Notes: generated from the letters alone by a model not told the origin. 64,000 bases of DNA from Myxococcota bacterium (GCA_965250285.1 OZ252299.1:5600001-5664000); one strand, 5' to 3'. Shown: positions 35,992 through 44,992, numbered from the stretch's first letter. A program made the numbers and translations.

Positions 35992-38424
35992 TCAGGACTC
36001 CCTCAGCTGATCGAGCGCCGCCTGTGCCTCCTGCGCCTCGGGGAAGGTGTCGCCGCCGAGTGCCTTGGTCAGGATCTCGCGCGCTCCCTCCTTGTCGCCG
36101 CTCGCCGAGCGAGCGAGACCGAGTCGGTACTCGATCGACGGCGAGTCGGGACGCGCATCGAGTGCGCGCGTCAGGACGGTGATGGCCTGGTCGACATCGC
36201 CCCGCTTGAGGTGCACGTAGCCCAGGGTGTCGAGGGTCTCAGCCGTGCGATCGAGGCGCACCGCCCGCTGGGCGAACGCGAGCGCATCGTCGAGCCGCTG
36301 ACCGCCCTGGGCGAGCAGGAAGGCGAGATCGTTGTTGGCACCGAGGTGGCCCGGGTCGAGCTCTACGGCCGCGCGCAGCCGCTCCACGGCGCCATCGATG
36401 TCCCCCATCATCAACGACACCTGGGCGCCCGAGTAGAAGTACGCGGCCGTGTCGTCCGATGCTTCTGCGGCCTTGTCGTAGTAGATGCGCGCCTCATCGA
36501 AGCGACCGGCCTCACGCGCGAGCGAGCCCATGCCGTCGAGCGAGAGCGCGAAGTCGGGGTCGGCCGCGAGCACCTGCTCGAACTTCTTGCGCGCCTGATC
36601 CGAGCGTCCCGTCGCGGCCAGCACACGGGCGTGCAGGTCGATGTTCGTGAGCGACTCCGGGTTCTTCGCCGCGGCGCTGGCGACGCGGCGCTGGGCCTCG
36701 TCGCCTCGGCCGACCTCGAGCAGGTTGGTCGCGAGTGCGCGAAGGACCTCGACGTTCGTTGCTGCATCGAGATCGATCGGCGCCTCGAGGATCGCATCGG
36801 CCGCGGCCTGGGGGCCCTCCCTGCGGCGCTTCAGCTCGGCGAACTCGACGTAGGGCCGAGCGCTCTCGGGCTCGCGCGTCTTGAGGTTCTGCAGGACGCC
36901 TTCGGCTTGCTCCCAGTTCTCGAGCTCGATGTGCGAGCGCGCTGCGATGACGTGCGCGCGGTCGTTGATGAAGGGCCGCTTGGTCATCTGTCGCGAGGCG
37001 AACTGCTGCGCGTTGCCCCAGGCGCCCTGGCCGTAGTAGATCTCGGCGAGCCGGAGTGCTGCGTCCGTCTCGCTCTCGCCCACGCGCACCGCCTCGCGGA
37101 ACTCCGTGATGGCGCGCTCTTCGTCGCCGACGCCGAGGGCGGCGCGACCGGCGAGATAGCGTGCGCCGGCGTTGTTCGGCCAGAGCCGCAGGCCCGTCTC
37201 GAGCTTGGCCAGCGCAGCCGCCGGCTCGTCGCGCTCGAGCAGGATCGCGCCGTCGAGCAGGTTGCGGTAGCTCGGCTCGTTGATCGAAGCGGCGACCTCT
37301 TCTGCGCGGTCGAGGTCGCCCTCTTCGATGAGCATGTCGGCGAGCGCGAATCGCAGCGGCGGCGTCACGTTGCCCGAGCGCTCCATGGCGGCCTCGAGGG
37401 CTTCACGTGCCTTGCCGGGCTCGCCGAGCTTGCGATAGAAGCTCGACAGCATGCGCCAGGCCTGGGGCGTGTCGAAGAGCTCGACCGTCTCCTGCAAGAA
37501 CGCTTCGCCCTCTTCGCGGTGCGCTTCGTCCGAGAGCAGATCGGCGAGCTTGCCGCGCAGCCCGAGGTCTTCGGGCGTCGCATCGACCGCCTTGCGCCAG
37601 ACGTCGATCGCCTTCGCGGGCTGTCCCGTCTCGATATAGAAGTCGGCGACCCACTGCTGCACGAGCGGGTTGGCGGGATACGCCTCGAGGCATTCGTCGA
37701 ACTGCTCGGCGGCCTTCTCGTCTTCTTTCTGGCTGCGGTAGAAGGTCGCGACGGCCGAGCACTTGCGGGCCGCGTCATCGTCGTTGCCCGACGCGCTCGC
37801 GCGCTCGTACAGACCCTGCCAGAGCGCCTCGGCCTCATCGACGCGATTGAGGTCGATCAGCGCGCCACCGCGCAGGCTGGTCGCGGCCGTATCGTCGGGA
37901 CGCAGCGCCAGGATGGCGTCGGCGTCTTCGAGCGTCTTCTCGGGCTGACCGGCGACGAGGTTCGCGTTCGCGCGCGTGAAGAGCGCGGTCACGTTCTCGG
38001 GCTCGAGATCGAGCACCTTCGTTGCCGCGCGGACGGCTTCTTCATTGGTGCCGTTCTGCATCAAGGTCGACGCGAGCAGCAGGCCGGCCGGGACCGCGTG
38101 GCTGTCGGTCTGGCTCGCCTTCTGGAGCGGCCAGACCGCCAGGCTCGGTCGACCGGTCTGGACGAGGGCGATGCCGAGCCGGTAGTTGGCCTCGGGGTGA
38201 TCGGGCTCGTCCGACAGCACCTGGCGAAGGGGGGCGATCGACGGATCGAACTGGCCCGCTTCCTGGAGCGAGCGGATCTCGGACATCTTCGTCTCGGTGC
38301 CCCCCTGGCAGCCGATGCCCAGGGCGACGATCGAGGTGAGCGTCCACAGCACGAGCGAGTGCTGAAAACGCGGCAACTGTCCGAAAAGAGTGCGCTTTTC
38401 GGGCGAGGGGGGAAAAGGCGACAT
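35992..38424 (-). CDS. Large TPR-repeat lipoprotein (PrsT-like, PEP-CTERM associated)
   Basis: Lipobox GIGC; TPR repeats; C-terminal NNDLAFLL, DTLGYVH, YRLGLA and FPEAQEAQ. AGGAGG lies upstream of ATG 38424. Confidence 0.87.
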   Translation of the reverse strand: MSPFPPSPEKRTLFGQLPRFQHSLVLWTLTSIVALGIGCQGGTETKMSEIRSLQEAGQFDPSIAPLRQVLSDEPDHPEANYRLGIALVQTGRPSLAVWPLQKASQTDSHAVPAGLLLASTLMQNGTNEEAVRAATKVLDLEPENVTALFTRANANLVAGQPEKTLEDADAILALRPDDTAATSLRGGALIDLNRVDEAEALWQGLYERASASGNDDDAARKCSAVATFYRSQKEDEKAAEQFDECLEAYPANPLVQQWVADFYIETGQPAKAIDVWRKAVDATPEDLGLRGKLADLLSDEAHREEGEAFLQETVELFDTPQAWRMLSSFYRKLGEPGKAREALEAAMERSGNVTPPLRFALADMLIEEGDLDRAEEVAASINEPSYRNLLDGAILLERDEPAAALAKLETGLRLWPNNAGARYLAGRAALGVGDEERAITEFREAVRVGESETDAALRLAEIYYGQGAWGNAQQFASRQMTKRPFINDRAHVIAARSHIELENWEQAEGVLQNLKTREPESARPYVEFAELKRRREGPQAAADAILEAPIDLDAATNVEVLRALATNLLEVGRGDEAQRRVASAAAKNPESLTNIDLHARVLAATGRSDQARKKFEQVLAADPDFALSLDGMGSLAREAGRFDEARIYYDKAAEASDDTAAYFYSGAQVSLMMGDIDGAVERLRAAVELDPGHLGANNDLAFLLAQGGQRLDDALAFAQRAVRLDRTAETLDTLGYVHLKRGDVDQAITVLTRALDARPDSPSIEYRLGLARSASGDKEGAREILTKALGGDTFPEAQEAQAALDQLRES

Positions 38425-38839
38425 GGGGCGCGTCGTGCCTCCTGGGGTCGAGGGGAGCCAGAGCATAGAGGGATCTTCAGCGCGATCCAAGCAAGAACGC
38501 GGCCAGACATCCGATCTCCGCTCGGGACGTGGGTGGCCCGACCGTGCGCGAAGGTGATCACCTCGCTCGACGGTGCTCTGCACGACTCATCTGCCCTGCG
38601 AAGCGTCCGGTGGACGCCCGCGCGGGACGCGATGCGGGCGGGCGGACCGGTTGCCACTGTGATGTTCGGTGCGGTGTGGGAAGTCGCTTTCCTACATTGG
38701 GAACGCCCTTGGAGTCGGTCGAAAGACATTTCCCATCTGAGAAGCGACTGAAGAGCCTCTCGTTCAGAATTCGAGACTCTGAGGCCGACCTGAACAGGTC
38801 GCCCGCGGGGTTCCAGATGCCGCGCAGCGGGGCTGCGCG

Positions 38840-38855
38840 TGGCACAGCCTGTGCA
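38840..38855 (+). promoter_or_regulatory. Candidate sigma-54 (-24/-12) promoter facing the PEP-CTERM genes
   Basis: TGGCACAGCCTGTGCA has exact GG-N10-GC spacing and one deviation from TGGCAC-N5-TTGCW. Confidence 0.55.
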
Positions 38856-39469
38856 TTTGTGAGCCCCCGGTCGATGGCCCGGAAGGGGCTGCGCCGCGCG
38901 CAGGGCACGGCTTCGGGCTCGATCGGTCGAGTGATACGGTCCGCGTGGAAATGTCTCTAGAGCGGAAAAAACGGCCCTAGAGCCTCAAAATGGTGGACAA
39001 ATCACACGGCAGAGATGCAGAATCACCCCACCGATCGCACCCTCGTCCGCTCAAGTTGCTCGGCGGTCGGAGAAGAGGGTGGGGTCGCTGCTCGATCTGC
39101 CGGTCGATGCGGAAAGCGGAAGCGAGAGCTGACGCAGAAGCAGAAGCAGAAGCCGAAACAGAAGCTGAAGTCGAACGCGGCGCTGGAGCCATGCGGAGTG
39201 GAAGCCGAGTCGAAAGCCGACGCTGGATCAGTGGTCGACTGAGATTCAAGGCGCAAAAAGCACGAAAGCCACGAAACCAGGATCCAGAGTCGACGGCAGC
39301 GAGCGGTCTGCACCACGCAAGTCCCGGTTGTGCCAAGCGATTTCAAGCGCGGCCGGCGCCTTGTGAGACCAGGACCGAAGGAAAGACGCGCAAGTCAAGC
39401 AAGACAGAGAGACGGCAAGACAGGCAGAGCAACACAACAGCAAGTGAGAGAACCACAAAAGGGATGCAC

Positions 39470-40438
39470 ATGATGTTACGCAAGTTCTTAGTGCTTCTGG
39501 CGGCTCTCGGCTTGATCGTGAGCACCGCCGGAACGGCGGCAGCCGGTGTCCTGGCGGCCCCGGATTCGGAGTTCACGTTCAGGCTGGGCAGCCTCGCCCC
39601 GATCAGCGTCACGGGTTCGTACCAGGACGGCGGCAACGCCACGCTCAGCGACAATGGCGCTGCGCACGACCTGGTCGAGACGGGCGGCATCTGGGCGACC
39701 GCTGGCAAGGCGGCCGGTACGAGCCTCTTCACGGGCGTCGCGCTGATCACGGACCTCGTCCTGTCGGCGACCGACGACTCGGGCACCTTCACCGCGAGCT
39801 TCTCGGCCCCGAACTCGGTGGGCGGCAACCTCAGCGGTGGTGGCCAGACGGTCTACTCGGGCACCCTGTGCCCGACGGGCTGCCTCGGCGGCACGGCCGG
39901 CATCACCGGTCAGCTCGTCGTTCAGGTGGCCGGCGCGCCGTTCCCCTACGCCCTGGGCGTCGTGGGTATCGGTGGCAAGCAGACCCTGACCATCGGCACC
40001 GACCAGATCGTCGCCACGGGCGGCCCCTGGCTCACGGGTAAGATGCGCATCACGGGCGTTACGACGAACGTGATCCAGCTGCCCAACCGCCCGGGCTCGC
40101 CGACGGGTGTCGGCGTCACGCTGAACCCGACCTCGATGGAGGAGGTGAAGACCTTCACCACGATGGGTGGCTTCCGCACGGACAACGAGGGTGCCCCGAT
40201 CCTGACGCAGGGTACGGTGACCGTCAGCGGCACGAACGCGCTCGCATCGGCTTCGGCCGCGGGCACGGTGACGCTGATCTCGCCGCTCCGCGTCGACACC
40301 GGGCCGCTCGCGGTCGGCACCATCCCGGGCGTCGCGACCAAGAAGTTCGTGTTCGCCCCCGAGCCGGGCACGCTGCTGCTGCTCGCTTCGGGCGCCGCGG
40401 GTCTGGTCCTGATCGGACGACGCCGGATCAACAAGTAG
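39470..40438 (+). CDS. PEP-CTERM sorting-domain surface protein, copy 1 (322 aa, Gly/Thr-rich)
   Basis: N-terminal signal peptide and C-terminal APEPGTLLLLASGAAGLVLIGRRR. Start is ATG 39464, 39470 or 39473. Confidence 0.93.
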   Translation: MMLRKFLVLLAALGLIVSTAGTAAAGVLAAPDSEFTFRLGSLAPISVTGSYQDGGNATLSDNGAAHDLVETGGIWATAGKAAGTSLFTGVALITDLVLSATDDSGTFTASFSAPNSVGGNLSGGGQTVYSGTLCPTGCLGGTAGITGQLVVQVAGAPFPYALGVVGIGGKQTLTIGTDQIVATGGPWLTGKMRITGVTTNVIQLPNRPGSPTGVGVTLNPTSMEEVKTFTTMGGFRTDNEGAPILTQGTVTVSGTNALASASAAGTVTLISPLRVDTGPLAVGTIPGVATKKFVFAPEPGTLLLLASGAAGLVLIGRRRINK

Positions 40439-40474
40439 GTCTCCGACCTCCTTCGCTGATCCAGCGGACGAAAT

Positions 40475-40515
40475 GAGGCGGTCACCCCGAAAGGGGTGGC
40501 CGCCTTCTTCGTTTT
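40475..40515 (+). terminator. Rho-independent terminator-like hairpin
   Basis: gaggcggtcacccc-GAAA-ggggtggccgcctt followed by cttcgtttt. Confidence 0.85.
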
Positions 40516-40732
40516 GGGGCCCGTGCCGCCGAGCTCGAGGTCAGCCAGCTTTGACCCGCGGGGAACACATTCGTGCGCGGGCCGGCCCAAAAATTCTCGA
40601 CTTTGCCTGACCCGGTCTTCAAAATGATCCTGTCGGAAGTTCCGACGCTGTGTCTTTCGTCAAACACAGCACCCTCCCATGTCACGGAACCGGCTTGGCT
40701 CCGCGGCATACGACATAAGGACTGACTCGAAC

Positions 40733-41701
40733 ATGCTGAAGAAGTTATTGGCAATCGGGGCTGGCCTCGCCTTGACCATTTCGCTGAGCGGAACGGCCAT
40801 GGCGGGTGTCTTCAGTGCTCCGGATTCAGAGAGTTTCGTTCAGCTCGGTGGTGGCAACGCCATCACCTACCCCGGTACGTACCAGGGTGGCGGCTACGCA
40901 ACGCTGAGCGACAACGGCTCTGCGCACGACCTGACGGTCGGCGCGGACGTCTTCGTGACGACGGCCAACAATGCAGGGACCAGCCTCTTCACGGGCCTGG
41001 CTCTCATTACCGACCTCGTGATCACGGCGGCGAACAACAGTGGCAACTACACCGCGAGCTTCTCGGCCCCGAACTCGGTGGGCGGCAACCTCAGCGGTGG
41101 TGGCCAGACGGTGTACTCCGGCACGATCTGCCCGACGGGCTGCCTCGGCGGCACGTCGTCGGTCGACGGCCAGACCGTCGTTCTCGTGGCCGGTGGTGTG
41201 CCCTTCCCGCTTCCGACGTCGGTGCTCGGTGTCGGCGGCAAGACGACGCTGGTGCTCGGTACCGATCAGCTCGTCGTGACCGGTGGCCCCTGGCTCACGG
41301 GTAAGATGCGCATCACGGGCATCACGACGAACGTGATCTCGCTGCCGAACCGCCCGGGCGCGCCCACGGGTGTCGGCGTCACGCTGCAGCCTTCGTCGAT
41401 GGAGGAGGTCAAGACCTTCACCACGATGGGTGGCTTCCGCACGACGAACGAAGGCGCCCCGATCCTGACGCAGGGTACGGTGACCGTCAGTGGCACGAAC
41501 GCGCTCGCTTCGGCTTCGGCCGCGGGCACGGTGACGCTGATCTCGCCCCTGCGCATCGACACGGGTCCGCTCGGCATCGGCACCATCCCCGGCATCGTGA
41601 AGAACACGTACGTGTTCGTGCCCGAGCCGGGCACGCTCCTGCTGCTCGCTTCGGGTGGTGTGGGCCTCGTCCTTCTGGGACGCCGCCGGATGAACAAGTA
41701 G
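40733..41701 (+). CDS. PEP-CTERM sorting-domain surface protein, copy 2 (322 aa, paralog of copy 1)
   Basis: Signal peptide MLKKLLAIG...AMA, C-terminal VPEPGTLLLLASGGVGLVLLGRRR and TAAGGA upstream. Confidence 0.94.
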   Translation: MLKKLLAIGAGLALTISLSGTAMAGVFSAPDSESFVQLGGGNAITYPGTYQGGGYATLSDNGSAHDLTVGADVFVTTANNAGTSLFTGLALITDLVITAANNSGNYTASFSAPNSVGGNLSGGGQTVYSGTICPTGCLGGTSSVDGQTVVLVAGGVPFPLPTSVLGVGGKTTLVLGTDQLVVTGGPWLTGKMRITGITTNVISLPNRPGAPTGVGVTLQPSSMEEVKTFTTMGGFRTTNEGAPILTQGTVTVSGTNALASASAAGTVTLISPLRIDTGPLGIGTIPGIVKNTYVFVPEPGTLLLLASGGVGLVLLGRRRMNK

Positions 41702-41737
41702 GCCGACGACCTACTTCGCTGATCCAGCGAACGAACC

Positions 41738-41777
41738 GAGGCGGTCACCCCGAGAGGGGTGGCCGCCTTCTTCGTTT
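41738..41777 (+). terminator. Rho-independent terminator-like hairpin (duplicate of 40475)
   Basis: gaggcggtcacccc-GAGA-ggggtggccgcctt followed by cttcgttt. Confidence 0.85.
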
Positions 41778-41897
41778 CGGGGCTCGCGAAGCGGCGGCAC
41801 GCTTCGATTCTCTTGCTCTAAGAGCCCGATTTTGTTAATCAAATCGTTCCGCCGGCGGGCTTGATCGCCGGTTCCCCCGATTGGGAGGCGCCCGCCG

Positions 41898-43385
41898 TTG
41901 CTCCGCAAGATCCTCGATTCGCCCTGGCCCTACTTCGCGCTGGCCGCGGTGTTGCTGGTCGCCGGCGTCCTGTCGCAGATCGAGTTCGAGCGGCCCAAGC
42001 CGCCGCGTGAGGGGCCCGAGGCGCTGCTCGACCTGCGCGATCGCGACGACCTCAACGTGATCTTCATCCTGGTCGACACGCTGCGGGCCGACCGCCTGCA
42101 GCCCTACGGCTACGAGCGGCCGACGAGTCCGTTCCTCGATCGGCTGGCGAGCCGGGGCATCGTGTTCGATCACGTCGAGAGTCAGTCGAGCTGGACGAAG
42201 GCCTCGATGGCCTCACTGTGGCTGGGCATGTATCCCGAGCGCACCGGCGTGCAGCGCTTCATGCACGGCGTGCCCGCCGAAGCCGTCATGCCGGCCGAGC
42301 TCTTCCAGGAGGCCGGCTACCGCACGGCGGGCATCTGGCGAAACGGCTGGGTCGCCAACAACTTCGGCTTCGATCAGGGCTTCGACCTGTACTACCGGCC
42401 GTCCCGCAACAAGCCCGTGAACGCGGTGCGCAAGCACAACCCGGGCGTGCAGCGCATCCCCGGGACCGATCTCGACGCGACCGAGTCGGCGATGGAGTTC
42501 ATCCTCGGCAACGTGCAGGATCGGTTCTTCCTCTACATCCACTACATGGACGTGCACCAGTACCTGTACACCGACACGACCCCCGACTTCGGCACGGCCT
42601 TTCCCGACATCTACGACATGTCGATCCACTGGACGGATCAGAACATCAAGCTGCTGATGGAGATGCTCGAGGAGCAGGGTCTGGCCGACAAGACGCTGGT
42701 CGTCATCTCGTCGGATCACGGCGAAGCGTTCTGGGAGCACGGGATGGAGGGGCACGCGCGCAACCTCTACCGCGAGACCCAGGAGGTGCCGTGGATCATC
42801 GTGCCGCCGTTCGAGCTCGAGCGGATCGACGTCGAGGAGCGCGTCGCGAACATCGACGTCTGGCCGACGATCCTCGACCTCGTGGGCATCCCCGCGCCGC
42901 CCGGCATGGACGGCCGCTCGTTGGTACCGCTGATCCTCGCGTCGGCGGGCATCGAGTCGCCCGAGGCCGAAGAGCTGCGCAGCCGCACGCTCTTCTCGCA
43001 GCTCGATCGCTCGTGGGGGCAGCCCGACAAGGATTCGAACCCGATCATCGCTGCGGTCCGCGACGACCACCGCTACGTCGAGTTCATCCTGAAGCGCGAC
43101 GAGGGCGAGCTCTTCGATCGCAGCGAAGATCCCCTCGAACGCTTCAATCTGCTCTCGAAGCAGGAAGACAAGGCCGAGGAGCTCCGCGGGGCGATCGATG
43201 GTCTGCTCGAGGCCCCGAAGCCCGAATGGGGCGGATCGCTCGAGGTCGAGCTCGACGAGATGAAGCGCAATCAGCTGCGCGCATTGGGCTACGTGATCCC
43301 GGCGCAGGATCGGCGCAAGGCCGCTCGCGAGGAAGCCGAGCAAGAGGGCGGCGAGGCGGCCGACGGCGCCGACACCGAGCAGTAG
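41898..43385 (+). CDS. Membrane-anchored sulfatase-like protein with a Thr-type active site
   Basis: N-terminal TM helix; motifs ILVDTLRADRL, SWTKASMASL, SSDHGE and IDVWPT; LRALGY. Confidence 0.9.
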   Translation: MLRKILDSPWPYFALAAVLLVAGVLSQIEFERPKPPREGPEALLDLRDRDDLNVIFILVDTLRADRLQPYGYERPTSPFLDRLASRGIVFDHVESQSSWTKASMASLWLGMYPERTGVQRFMHGVPAEAVMPAELFQEAGYRTAGIWRNGWVANNFGFDQGFDLYYRPSRNKPVNAVRKHNPGVQRIPGTDLDATESAMEFILGNVQDRFFLYIHYMDVHQYLYTDTTPDFGTAFPDIYDMSIHWTDQNIKLLMEMLEEQGLADKTLVVISSDHGEAFWEHGMEGHARNLYRETQEVPWIIVPPFELERIDVEERVANIDVWPTILDLVGIPAPPGMDGRSLVPLILASAGIESPEAEELRSRTLFSQLDRSWGQPDKDSNPIIAAVRDDHRYVEFILKRDEGELFDRSEDPLERFNLLSKQEDKAEELRGAIDGLLEAPKPEWGGSLEVELDEMKRNQLRALGYVIPAQDRRKAAREEAEQEGGEAADGADTEQ

Positions 43386-43609
43386 CGCGGCGCCCTACGC
43401 GTCTTCGCCGACGCTGATTCCTGAGCGCGGCGCGCTGTGGGTCATCGCCGACGCGGACTCAGTAGCGCGGCGCCCGACGCGTCTTCGCCGACACCGAGCA
43501 GTAACGCGGCGCCCTACGCGTCTTCGCCGACACCGAGCAGTAACGCGGCGCCCTACGCGTCTTCGCCGACACCGAGCGGTAGCGCGGCGCCCTACGCGTC
43601 CTCGCCGAC
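43367..43609. repeat. 39-40-bp tandem repeat, 6 units, spanning a convergent gene junction
   Basis: Consensus cgccgacaccgagcagtagcgcggcgccctacgcgtctt at 43367, 43406, 43446, 43486, 43525 and 43564, with a partial unit at 43603. Confidence 0.92.
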
Positions 43610-44716
43610 GTCCACCGGGCCCGGGCGGCGATAGCTCGTCTCGAGCCTTGCCCGGGCGTGATGACGCTCCATCGCCAGCTCGATCAACCGGTCGAGCAGC
43701 ATCGGGTACGAGAGCCCGGTGGCCTCCCACATCTTGGGATACATGCTGCCATCGGTGAAGCCGGGCAGGCTGTTGAGCTCGTTGATGTAGAGGTCGCCGG
43801 TTGCGCGGTCGAGAATGAAGTCGACGCGCGCGAGCCCCTCTGCCTCGAGCGTCTGATACGCAGCGACCGCCATCTCGCGGATCTTCGCCGTCGTCGGCTC
43901 GTCGAGCTCGGCGGGGATCACGAGCTCGGTGGCATCGTCGTGGTACTTCGACTCGTAGTCGTAGAACGCACTCGTGCAGCGAATCTCGCCGGGCAGCGAC
44001 GCCTCGGGTCGCTCGTTGCCGAGCACGGCGACCTCGATCTCGCGCGGATCGAGCCCGCGCTCGATCAGGATCTTGCGGTCGTAGCGGAGCGCGTCTCGAA
44101 TCGCCCGCACCAGCTCAGCGCGGTTCTCGGCCGGCGAGATGCCGACCGAGCTGCCTGAGTTGGCCGGTTTCACGAAAACGGGCCAGCCGAGGGTGCGCTC
44201 GCTCTCGTCGAGTGTGGCTTCGAGGGCGGCGCCTTCGAGCTCGTGGGCGCGCCGGGTGATCCAGGGGACGACGGGCAGGCCGGCATCGCGCAGCAGTCGC
44301 TTCGCGACGTCCTTGTCCATCTGAACCGACGAGCCGAGCACGCCCGAGCCAACGTAGGGCAGGTCGGCGAGCTCGAGCAGACCCTGAAGCGCGCCGTCCT
44401 CGCCGCCCTTGCCATGGATGAGCGGCAGCACGACGTCGAGCGATCGCGCGACGGCTTCGGGGCTATCGGCAGACGGTACGAGCGTCACGTCGCCGGGGCG
44501 CGCCGGCATCAGCACCTCGCCGGGGGTCTCCGGCACGTCGGCCAAGAGCTGGCCGCCCGAGCCCAGATGCCAGCGGCCGTCGTGGTCGACACCGATCAGG
44601 GTCACGTCGTAGCGGCTCGGATCGAGTGCCTGCAGCACCGAGGTCGCCGAAACCACCGACACCTCGTGCTCGACGGAGCGTCCACCAAAGAGCAGCCCGA
44701 CTCGCAGCTTGGCCAT
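43592..44716 (-). CDS. ddl: D-alanine--D-alanine ligase
   Basis: Motifs FGGRSVEHEVS, HGKGGEDG, FVKPANSGSSVG, FYDYESKY and NELNSLPGFT; RBS GGAGG. Confidence 0.96.
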   Translation of the reverse strand: MAKLRVGLLFGGRSVEHEVSVVSATSVLQALDPSRYDVTLIGVDHDGRWHLGSGGQLLADVPETPGEVLMPARPGDVTLVPSADSPEAVARSLDVVLPLIHGKGGEDGALQGLLELADLPYVGSGVLGSSVQMDKDVAKRLLRDAGLPVVPWITRRAHELEGAALEATLDESERTLGWPVFVKPANSGSSVGISPAENRAELVRAIRDALRYDRKILIERGLDPREIEVAVLGNERPEASLPGEIRCTSAFYDYESKYHDDATELVIPAELDEPTTAKIREMAVAAYQTLEAEGLARVDFILDRATGDLYINELNSLPGFTDGSMYPKMWEATGLSYPMLLDRLIELAMERHHARARLETSYRRPGPVDVGEDA

Positions 44717-44992
44717 GTTCCCCCCCTCCACGCGGCCCATGATAGGCCCGGGCTGAGCGCTCTGCCGTGGCGCGCATGTTCTAGAGCATCGGCCGCTTGC
44801 CGCAGATCTTGCGCGCGGGCTGCCGGCGCCGTGCGGGGGGCGTCGCGAGACCGGGCGCCTGGGCGCCCGAGCGCTCGGTTCTGGGCGCCGTGCGGCCCCA
44901 TCGGCTCGTTCGCGGCCCCACCGGGCCTGGTCAGTGCACGCCCGGCCGCGCGGTTGACCGCATCCGCCACCCCTCGTACCGTGCCCCCCGAG

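Noticed and set aside
39250..39315. Possible c-di-GMP-I riboswitch (AAAGCCACG-like segment) in the PEP-CTERM leader
   Set aside because: I could not build the P1/P2 stems or the tetraloop-receptor pair by eye. An Infernal search would be needed.
39316..39335. Second sigma-54 site on the minus strand (TGGCAC...TTGC)
   Set aside because: The spacing between GG and GC is too long for a -24/-12 promoter.
38990..39469. 160-aa N-terminal extension of PEP-CTERM copy 1 in the ORF track
   Set aside because: The signal peptide and the equal-length paralogue place the start near 39470, and the extension has atypical composition.
43367..43609. Possible CRISPR array
   Set aside because: Units are head-to-tail with no unique spacers, they derive from the flanking gene ends, and there are no cas genes in the window.
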